Part shown: in pieces, positions 42,401-54,400 of the stretch
Numbering within the stretch: position 1 is the stretch's first letter
How the letters are laid out: each line of letters begins with the position of its first letter
Assembly (NCBI RefSeq): GCF_003918875.1
Contig: NW_025767002.1
Span: 3,038,001 to 3,102,000, forward strand
Length of the DNA: 64,000 nucleotides
Reading direction: 5' to 3'
Source of the DNA: Haliotis rubra
Lineage: Eukaryota
The notes under the pieces: model-generated
The model's database searches: none
Told to the model about the DNA's origin: nothing
Seen by the model: the letters and a program-made list of their open reading frames with translations, nothing else
Program-made: the position numbers and the translations under genes

Positions 42401-45400
42401 TTAGCATAAAATCTGGTTGATTTGATCAGACAAATCCTATTGTTAGTTCTACACTGGCTATTTTACAAACTGAAGGTGTTACTGTATTGTTATTTTCATT
42501 CATCAATATACGTACACAGAACATAGGATACTGGAACATATACACCACAACTGTATATCATGTAAACATTAGCATTGTCCGCAACATATGTATACAGATA
42601 AAAGGAGTAGAATGAGTGAGTTTAGTTTTACGCCACTTTTAGCAATATCCCAGCAATATCACGGCAGGGGACGCCAGAAATGGGCTTCACACATAGTGAC
42701 CATGTGGGGAATCGAACCTGAGTCTTCGGTGTGACGAGCCAACACTTTAACCACTAGGCTACCCCACCGCCCCAAAAGGAGTAGAGCTGAACAGCAACAA
42801 CTGCTCTCGCTTACATACATTTGCACTTATGAGCTGTTTCAATTCACATGCATATTTGGTGAATTGAACCGTATCCCTTCATGAAATCATTTTATTAATG
42901 GCAATGACTGGAATCAAACATTCATGAATGTTTACTTGAGTTTATGTGTTATTCATCAAAACGAGATCTGCAAAGTGGAATATATCCAAGCCTGGCAGGA
43001 CAATATTCTTATATAATATATTTGAAAGTAATATGGTTGTTGCTGTGACAAATTAACACTGCAACATGGACAAAATACGTCACATACCGGTATTTATTCT
43101 GCTATTGTTTCACTGAATATAGTGAATAAATCAACTACTGTCTTGTTCTTGCATTCATTAACCAATATTTGTATTCATTATTCAATATTTGTGATATGTA
43201 TCATATTCGCCTCACAGTTGATTCATTGTAGCCCTTAGATACAGGTGAGTTGAGGTGAAATTGGGTTTTACATCGTACTTGAGAATATTTCGCTCATATG
43301 ACGACGTGTATGTGTGTGGATGTGTATGTGCGGCTGCTTGTACTAGCCCAGACTGAAGCTGGTTTTATAGTGCTAGCCCACTGAGATACCATGCTGCAGT
43401 GAAGCATGAATACCCCACTCAGACACATTATACTGACTCCCAGCCAACCAGTCCTTGTTGTACCCATTAATGCCGAGCGCCCAGGCAGGGACCAACAAGT
43501 ACCATATTTTAATGTCTTTTGGTATGACGCGGTCGGGGATCGAACCGCGACCTTCCGCTCTCCGGGCAGATGCTCTAACCACTACACCACAGAGGCGGTC
43601 CCTTAGATACAGTGGGTGGTGGGGTGGCCTAGTGGATAAAGCGTTCACTCGTCATGCTGAAGACCCAGGGTCGATTGCCACATGGGTACAATGTGTGAAG
43701 CCCATTTCTGGTGTCTCCTGCCGTGATATTGCTGGAATATTGCTAAATATTATCTATGAAATTTCTAATATCTAAGAAACGCTGTCTACAATTTAAGAAG
43801 TAATCTTATTTTCATTTCAATGTCACACAAGTGAGAAATATCAAGGTCAACATGACTGACAGACATGATCAGATGACCAAGCATGCAATATCAACATGAT
43901 CACGGGAAAAGAACATGTTCTACTTCTACATGTCTGACTTTTAATAAAGAATCCTTTTATCAGACTCCTCTGATAAACGTGTTGAGCGGTCAATATACAA
44001 GTCGAGTGAGATAAGCTTAGCAGTAACCGACATGCATAATGCCTAAATATAGATGTCCGATACAACAATCTCGATTGATTTGAACTTGATAAATAAAATT
44101 CATTGTATTTTGTTACCCTTTTGGTTTTAGGTAAAAAGATGTGATCATACTGCTTCTTTTTCTTCTAAAATATACTAAACATGAAAATGATGATTCCCTG
44201 AATCTATGCTGTTGTCATGTCAGATAACTGTGCTGAGAGTAACCTGCCCTTGCTTTGTAACAAAATGGCTGCAGGATTATCTGTTCAGTGTTTTGACTTA
44301 TGCATGTCTTTGTATCCCAAATGCATAGATCGATGCTCATGATATCAATCACTGAAGTATCTGATCCAAGACTCAGTTACATACTGCTGTTATTTAGCCA
44401 GAATTTGTCTGAATGCAGCATTAAACAACAAACAAGCAGTCCTATTAACATTGCAGTAGCCAAGTCTGATAATCTACTTCCTTGTACGTAACATTCTCCA
44501 TTGTGATATTTCTAACCCTCCATAACATGCTACATATCAAGTTGTGGCACGGCAAGATTATCTCCAAATTCACATCAGTCAAACAGATTGGTACAATGTC
44601 AGTGTTCACGACTTTGACTGAAGTTGTTATATGTGATATGTGACACTTGTTTGCTGTTTGTAAATCTTATACTTGTTAATAATTTAATGCCAATTATAAC
44701 AAATGTTAAACCTGAAATGTGTGTTTAATTTTAGTCTTTGGGTCCTGTGAATTTTCAATGGGTCAGACTGACACCTGAAACTTACAGGACCCACTGACCT
44801 GTTACTTTGAAACACCATTCATGAACACTGCAATGTCATGTGATATGAAACATATTCTGCGCCTGAGAAAATGTAAACATCATACTTCCTTGTCCAACTA
44901 TCTCATGACAACACATCCGTCAAAAACCATAGTAAGCTCTCAAAATGATCCTGCAGAGCCGCACCGGTAGCGATAGTAATCATGGGGAACATTCATCAAA
45001 TAACGAGGGGAAAATTGCATTTCCTAACAAATAAGGATGTTCATTAGCATGACGGAACTAAAATAATTCAACCCGGTTAAAATACAAAATAGACATGCTA
45101 AAGCATCCTGTTTAGCACATACTATTCTTGGTACACATTCAGAAATGACAATTTCAACATGGCTGCCAAGAAGGCCATTAAAGTTTTATCCAAAGTCTGC
45201 AAGCACTCATTTTAACGACATCAAAACTGGGATCATACATGCAGTCTGTTTCATCGACTAATTAAACAATGTGAAGAGTTGAAGAACTGCAGATTACAAT
45301 CCAATGAGCTCATTCAATATTTATGTCACACATTAAACAGTATATCTTGTAAATGGTTTCAGAAGCCAAATTGTATACATTGAAACAGTGGAGTCAAAAA

Positions 45401-48400
45401 AAAATACTGCTTGAAAAACACGGAATACAAGTATCCTATAACTTTTATTCCAAGAAAACAAGTAAAATCCTTTAACATGTGTTATTTTTGGGATTACACA
45501 TTTTAGGAAAGTACAGATTCTAGTACTTTTGTTGGGTTGAGTCCCAACCGGGATTCGAACCCACACCCTCAGTCAGGCACCTAATCGGCAGCACACAAAG
45601 TCAGCCACCTAACCCGCTCAGCCACCGTGGCTTCCGCCGGCTTATGTATTCATAACTAAAACCCTGCTAGTGAAAAAAACTGAAACTGACTGAAGCTAAA
45701 TGATCTAAACAGGACAAAACACATCTTAAAAGATAATCCACTATTGTTATTCCTGTGTTCAAATGTTCACCTTGACATTAAACCAACAGTCAAAATGTCA
45801 CATATCAACATTCCAGCACTCAAACGGTATCATCCCCTAACAATTCTCATGTGTACATTCCAAAATAGCGAATGTGTAAGGGTGTGACACCCATTGTTGT
45901 AAAGCTAATGCATATGACGACAAACCAACCGAGGTACTCTGCACATTTCCTTCTATTGCCAGCTCGACATCACCTGATAATCCCTGCTGCACCTTTGTTT
46001 GGGCCCGAACCACACTGCAGGATCTTACAGTGAACAGCAATGTGGACTCCATGCTAAATATATTGTATTAAACAGCAAGACATGCAGAGCCCGATGTTAA
46101 GAAGCAGATGTATTTGCTTGAAGGATCAAAGCCTGCCCAGCAAGGAACTGTTGAGATCCTTCGAATTGTACGCTACATGAGCTTTACTTGTGTAACATTC
46201 ATATTATTGAGCATGTTTTAGGCCATTTTAAACATTATTCAAGGATATGTTTTCCAGTATACTGATAATCTATCAGCTGACAATAGGTTATTGAGCATGA
46301 AGTGCAGAGTGAGTATGGTTTTATGCCACTTTTAGCACTATCCCGTGATGGGTGGGGACACTAGAAAAAAGCTTTAGGTGTACCCATGTGGGAAATCGAA
46401 ACCAGGTCTTCAACATAATGAACAAATGCTTTAACCGTAAGGCTACCCCACTACTCCGAAGTGCAGAGTGAATGAGATTCAACGTCATTATTAGCCTGCA
46501 GCAACAAGACTGACTGAATGACTGACTGAGTTTGGTTTTACGCCGCTTTTAGCAATATTCCAGCAACATCACGACGGGGGACACGAGAAATCGGCTTCAC
46601 ACATTGTACCCATGTGGGGATTCGAACCCGGGTCTTCGGTGTGACGAGCCAACGCTTTAACCATTAGGCTACCCCACCACCCCGTAGCAACAAGACAAAA
46701 GTAACAGTGTAACATAGTGTACCCTTGAGGGAACTAGAACCCAGTCTCCACACACTGAACGACTGCCCTAACTGGGTCCCCAACTGGTGAAACCACTACT
46801 CCTCCAAGTGATATAGTTAACATATGTTTCCAACTTTTGAAAAAAAAGAATCAGTGTTCTGAACGCAGCACCTGGCACTGTTCTAGGCAGCCGCCGTGTA
46901 GCCTACATAAAATGTTCAGGACATCTTACAGATCTGCAGTCAACAGATGTAGACATGTACTATGTAGCCTTTTGCTTACTAGGTATAATGATAAACTTGG
47001 ACAACCTATAAATGTGTGCCTATAAGTATAAGATTCTACGGCAGCCTACAGATGTGTGCCTATGGGATTGGTTTGACTGTTGTTTAATGCCGCACTCAAC
47101 AAATATTCCAGCTATATGACTGCAGTTGGTAGATAATCAAGTTTGGACCAAACAATCCAGTGATCAACAGCATGAACATTGTTCCAGGTAATTGTGATAC
47201 GATGACATGTCAAACAAGTCAGCGAGTCTGACAACCTGATCCTGTTTGTTGCCTCTTACGACATGCATGGGTTACAGAAGATCAATTATATTTCTAACCC
47301 GGATCTTCAAGGTTTTGCCTATAGGACATTAGTACAGCCTACCGATGTGTAGTCTATGGTCTGTCAAACACAAAGACATACATCAAGACACCGATCAACA
47401 AACTGTTCATAGTGTTACATCATTTGAAAGCCTATGCAAAGGCTTTGTCCTATGCTAAAGTATAGAGTTACGATAGGTCATAACTCTACAAACACTTAGT
47501 GTATAGGGGCCTAGTAGCCTATATCACTACACCAACAGCAGTCAGTAAGACAAATACAGCATTGCTTGCTGGGATATAAGTCAAGGAACACAGCAGTCTC
47601 TTGAGGGGCCATTCGAACCTACTTTCACAATATAGAAACATTACAACAGTCAAGTGATAATTACCATAAATAACCAATTTGTCTCCCTACGCATTGACCC
47701 AAATCACAGAGCCAGGTACATTAACTGTGTTGATATATGATGCACTACACAAAAAATCACAGGGGTCTGATAACGGAACAGTCACACAGGAGCCATTACT
47801 TGAACAGCAAGATACGGCATGCAAACACTGAACACAAACCTTGTTCCAAGGTGTACTAAAGTCATGAGCATATTGCAATTCTATCACTACAATAGGCAAG
47901 TCGAGACTGATGCCAGTCTTTCACAGCTGGGCTTCATTTTCTTATGATTTATGTGGGTGATGTGGTAGCCTAGTGGTTAAAGTGTCTGCTCGTCACACCA
48001 AAGACCCAGGTTCGATTCCCCACATGGGTACAATGTGTGAAACATTTCTGGTGTCCAAAGCCATGATATTGTCTAAAAGCGACGTAAACCTAAACTAACT
48101 CACTCACTCTTAGCATTTATATAATCTTAAACTCACTCACTCACTCTTAGGATTTATATAATTGTGGGATTATGACTTAAACTGATAATCATTTCCTAAT
48201 AGACTTGTGCAAATCTATCTGATTACTGATGCACCTTTTGAACCATTAACAAACACAATGAAAATGAAACATGAAAATACATCAACACAGGGCGATACTA
48301 TTTACCTTACTGTACAATTTAGGGATTTGTGTAGTGGAATTTGTTTTACGCTATTCCATATTAGGTTTCAGAAGGAATAGATCATGTGCTTTGTCTGCTA

Positions 48401-51400
48401 GGATATATCTTGGCCTTCTCAGATACCGATATTCAGACCCAAGTCAATGGCAATATTTTCATGTTGTCATACTGGTTACAACAAATCAATGACATGGGTT
48501 CAAGTCGACTTGTAGTTTACTTATAAGATCAACAGAAAGGCAGTTTTACTACATTTGTTTACGTCACTGCAGTGAACAACAGTATCAAAATACCTCTGAA
48601 TATTTTTTAAATATTACTAAAAATCTCAATTTGTCCCAAAACACCAGCCAAGGACACTTAGTTTGGAATCCTAAATAAGTCCCTGTTCTGTTTACAGTAC
48701 AGGGTGTTCAGTGCTTTAAAAATATGGAGGCATACAAGTGTTTGTTTCTGCCACCGTCAGGGAAGTTTGTGTTTGTGGCCAAACCAGCATGTACTGCATT
48801 GGAGCTATTCTTATCTAAAACTTGACACAATCCTTTTGTTTCAAACTCTCCCTGCTTTCAGTTCCATTGTTTTGTATGTCATATCAATTGAAAAGTCCGC
48901 GAATAGAAATATATAATCAAAATTTTGTTTCCTGATTACAGAAATGGATTTGAGTGACAGGGTCATGTTTTTCACAAATGTCCAGTCATCGACTCAGCCA
49001 AAACTTTAAAAAGACCACAGGAAATATTTTGAAATTCTTCCTGTTTCAGCTGCTTATTCAGTTTATCTGTCAAACAGTTTAAACATATTATTGAATGTTT
49101 CCACCATGTTTCCAACTACAAGAACGTCAACTACAATAACATTGTAGAAACATTTTAACACAATTACTGCACACACTATGGACATTTGATAACACAATTA
49201 CTGCACACACAATGGACATTTGATAACACAATTACTGCACACACTATGGACATTTGATAACACAATTATGCACATGCCACGTGTACTTAAAAACACAATC
49301 ACAGAATACATGTGATAACAAATTTAACACATGCGAGAAATTCCAATATCACTAATAACACAATGACTATACATGTAACAACATAGCTGTATACGTGTAA
49401 CAACATAATAACTGTATACGTGTAACAACACAATAACTGTATGTTCATGTAAGATCACAATAACTGTATGTATGTGTAATAACACAATAACTATGTATGT
49501 GTAATAACACAATAATTGTATGTATGTGTAATAACACAATAACTATGTATGTAATAACACAATAACTGTAAATGTGTAATAACACAATAACTGTATATGT
49601 GTAACATCACAATAACTGTATGTATGTGTAATAACACAATAACTGTATGTATGTGTAATAACACAATAACTATGTATGTGTAATAACACAATAATTGTAT
49701 GTATGTGTAATAACACAATAACTATGTATGTAATAACACAATAACTGTGAATGTGTAATAACACAATAGCTGTATATGTGTAACATCACAATAACTGTAT
49801 GTATGTGTAATAACACAATAACTGTATGTATGTGTAATAACACAATAACTGTATATGTGTAATAACACAATAACTGTATATGAGTAACATCACAATAACT
49901 GTATACATGTAACATCACAATTTCTGTGTACAGATGACTGCATGTACATGTAATCAGACTAGGATATTTTGCCATTAATTGGGACAGTGCCAGTTCCTAA
50001 TTGGCATTACCGAGCTGTTAATATCCTGCTGCAGAAGAAATCTAATTAGTTGATGTGCACTGGTAAGTGATTCTTAAACAAAAACAGTTGCACTACCAGC
50101 AGTGTCTGGAACCACCCATGATAATTACATGAATAATTGAACTGTTTCATATGGCTTGATATGGCAAGATTCCAATACCTTTATTAGATTGAAATATTCT
50201 GATATTAGCATGGAATATAGTTGGAGTCACTGTGGAAATATTCAAAGCATATTGTACTACATCAGGACTAATGGGCTTTCAATTTCTGGCTTCAATTCTC
50301 AGTCTACTTGTATGATGGTGTTCCTGCATCGACCAGCAATCTAAAAGAGTCACAGAGGAAATGAGGAAATAATTGACAGAATTCTGTTTCAATGTCACGA
50401 CAATCAATTTACATGTAATGCGAGAAAAGTTGAATTGAAAAACGAACATGATAGAAAGTGGGCCAGTGCACATGGTTAGAGTAAGACTCGGAGAGTAGAT
50501 GGCAGGATTTCAATGGGCATGGGGTAGATCCAACTCTAGGAAAAGTAATAGCCCAAATTTGTTCTCGCTAAAATAATTTCCTTTTTTACTATTTATTGTG
50601 TTCATTCAGGGAGTAAAAAATTTCAAACACTATATCTTGTATATTCACTGAAATATGTCTACCAATTAAATGTAAATATTTCACTGTCACTGTAACAGGT
50701 GATGCTGACATGCAAGATTTTGAATCCACATCGAACAATCCACACCCCACAGCTTGAATCCCTCAATCCATACCCCACAGCTTGAATCCCTCAATCCATA
50801 CCCCAAAGCTTGAACCCCTCAATCCACAACCGACAGCTTGAATCCCTCAATCCACACCCCACAGCTTGAATCCCTCAATCCACACCACACAGAATTGAAT
50901 CCCTTAATCTACACCCAACAGCTTGAATCCCTCAATCCACACCCCACAGATTGAATCCCTCAATCCACACCCCACAGCTTGAATCCCTCAATCCACACCC
51001 CACAGACTGAATCCCTCAATCCACACCCCACAGATTGAATCCCTCAATCCACACCCAACAACATGCACCCCAAGGCACATCCCAGAGTTTGCACCCAATA
51101 ATCCACAACTCACAACCTATGACTCTTCACAGGACATCTGATCAATATTTTTTCAAAAACAAAGCGGTGTCACATGAACAAACTGCCAACAAGAAGAGAC
51201 GTACAGAAATCTGCACAAGCCCGCTGGTTACATACACTTAGTGGGAATAGACTTGGTTGACACATCTTCGCATCCCAACTGCATTACTAAGATCGATGCT
51301 CATGGTGTTGATCACTGTATTGTCTGGTCCAGACTGGATTATTTTCAGCCCACTGCCATATAGCAGGAACATTGCTGAGTGTGATGTTAAACAACTGACA

Positions 51401-54400
51401 AACAGACAAAACTTCAAGGGTTTGTGCCAGGTTTATTATATAGGCCAGATATAATTCTGTAAGTGTTGATATGTAAAACAGCAGTGATCACTGACGTCAA
51501 ACATTGATAACAAACACTTCCTGGCCCCGAGGTAACAAAGTGAGTTCAAGATTATGTACATTAAAACGGAACTTTGATCACCATGAAAAGCTTTGAACAA
51601 TACACCGGGAAGAAATTCATATAATAAAGTGATCATGACAAAAAAGCAGTCACATCTGAAATTCAATGACACTTAACGAGGTCATGACCTCAAGTACAAA
51701 CAGTTTGTGCACTGGTTGATACAGCACTCAGCTATATGTCCTCTATATGAAGGTGAAGAGGAACACTTTAAATGGATAAACAACTTGTTTATTGCAACAG
51801 ATGCGATGTTTCGGTGTAGATCCTAATACTGTTATCAAGCAAATGATAACCTGTCTACGCCTTGAGCATGCTGCTAGCACGGAAATGAGCGCATCATAAA
51901 TGTGCACCATTATTATTATTATTATTACCCATAAAATGTGTTGGACTTCATCATACCAGCTTCTAAATACCACTTAAAGAAGTTACATGAAGGTGACCTA
52001 CAAGTGATTAGATCTTGACCAGACAATCCAGTGATTGACATTATGACAAACCGTCCATTAGGTAGTAATGACATGCATCAGGCAAATCTGCCAGTCGGAA
52101 CATCCAATCCCGATAGACGGCTTTTATTATCTTCATGTAATATCATCATCATGGGAGGTAGCATGTTGGCGGAAAAGTTTGATACATGAGACTTTAGGAA
52201 GGCTAAGCTTTCAAATATTCCCATGTTGGATATAATCCTCTAATCTTCAGGTTCGTTATCATATTTCCTCGTGAGGGAAAATATACATTAGGATTACCAG
52301 ACTCTGATGAGTACATGAAGTATGTCTTTATCTTATTGAACACACAGAAACTCATTAGAAAAACGAAGAAAAAATTAAGAACATATTTTAGTTGCAATTG
52401 AAAATTTAATAAGTAAAGAGATTTAAGTGTTTTATGTGAAAGGCTGGGTTTGCATCTTTTGTACTGCATTGCACAGATACTGTGAATGCTTGAATATTTA
52501 CACTGAAGTCATTATACGACTTTTATGTCGAGTTTCAAACTATAAGCATGCTTCATACGTCCATGATTATCACGATACGCATGCATATATACATTGTATA
52601 TTCTACAAAGGTTGTCCTGGAACCACATTCCGTCATTGTAGTATGTAATTTTGATATGTTGAACTGCGTCACAGCGAAACCTACACCTTGGGAAAAGGAA
52701 ACACTGTGTTTATCACACACCATGATTTTATAGATTAACTGGAGCACCTATTTCCAGTGTCAACAATGCTGTACCTGTCCAATTATTGGAATAATCCAGT
52801 GTTGACTATAGGAGTTGATAAGCACTTCACCTACGATAGGATGACTTGGGTTTGAACATCTTGTTGGTTAATGTAGACGTTGTCCCAATGAATTTCAGAG
52901 TTTTACATGACGCGTGATTCCTGCGTATTTGACGCAACAATTTTGTAAACGACCCTCACAACTCAGTTCAATAAAATCGATTTGATAAGCAAAAAATGAT
53001 ATTGTCAGATTGTTCCAGAGGACTCAGAGGAGAGAGTAATCCTGGCTGTTTGCATTGAACAATGCTGTAGTTTCATTTGGTGGTGTGACAACACAAAGAA
53101 ATATTAAACTTTTCATGACTCCCAAATATCGAAAATGACTCCCAAAAATAAACATTGTGAGTCACCATGCCTCCCATTTTTAAAAGTATGTGTAAAACCC
53201 TGATGTTTAGAGTTTCTGTAGAGACAGACTTCCCAAACATTCCAGAAATATAGTTAATGAAAAATATATATCTACAAAATATGAAATACAATCAGAAAGG
53301 AGTACAGAACAATGCATGATTCAGACGGGAGATCAAAAGTTGCAAAATCATTCTCGACAGGACGCCCTAGCACACAACAATCTTATCTTTACAGCTAACT
53401 TAAATCTATGTTGACAATATCAGAGTTTCAGTGATCGTCCACATGTTTTTTACATGAATGACTGTCCAATCAGGGCTTCAGATTTTTGAAACACTGAATA
53501 CTACTCTTGACTAACGATTTATCATTTTCACCAGTTATTGCTTGATTTTTTATTACTTCCTTGAGTCCTCTACTGGGTTTTTTTCACCAATAATCTGACA
53601 ATCACTTAAATAATAATATCTAAAAATCCTGTTTCAGATTACTTCTAATTTAAATTTAATCTTAATTCTAAATTTCAATCAGAAAACCAAGAAAAAAATA
53701 ATTTGAAAATGATACTGGTTAATTACACATTGTTGTAAAACTGACAGGTTTCTAAACAATTTCATGTGTATTTGTACACAAACAACACCTATTGGTTATT
53801 GTTGATCCGTGCTTATTTTATAGAAATACACAGCTTATCTGCCCAAATCAGCCATTTTAATTTCCTTATCTGTTATAACTTCAACATGTTAGGTAAACCA
53901 ACCAGTTCTATTATAGCATATGTTACGCAAGGGAGTATGGACGAGAAACATGTAATGGTTAAATTGGACACCAAAGCAATATTTATTGAATTTATCGTTA
54001 TGAAACATCCCAGGGACAAAACACCCACTTTGTATACTGAATGACCTAATGTTACCAACGATCATATCATACATAGCTGATTTCCTGAACAAACAAACGC
54101 AACGTATTGTGTTGAACATGTACGCAAAAACAAACTTAACCGAATTGTTTGAAACTGAAATATTTCGTTCAGTTCACTTGGCACATATAAACCTGTTGTC
54201 ACAACACACAATCTGTGTCGGGAGATACTTAAGTTGTCCGTTGTCACCGTCTTGATATATTCAAAGTGATGATGAAAGCAATATCACTTCATAATAATCA
54301 CCACCACCATCATCATCATCATCAACAGCATCATCCTCAATAATTCCATCAGTGGTATACATGGGACATTTTTTCAGAAATCCTCTATTGATCCTTTAAC

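Noticed and set aside
52300-52330. CTGATGAG-TACAT..ATGT hammerhead-like start (also CTGATGA at 33965)
   Set aside because: No GAAA or stem III follows.
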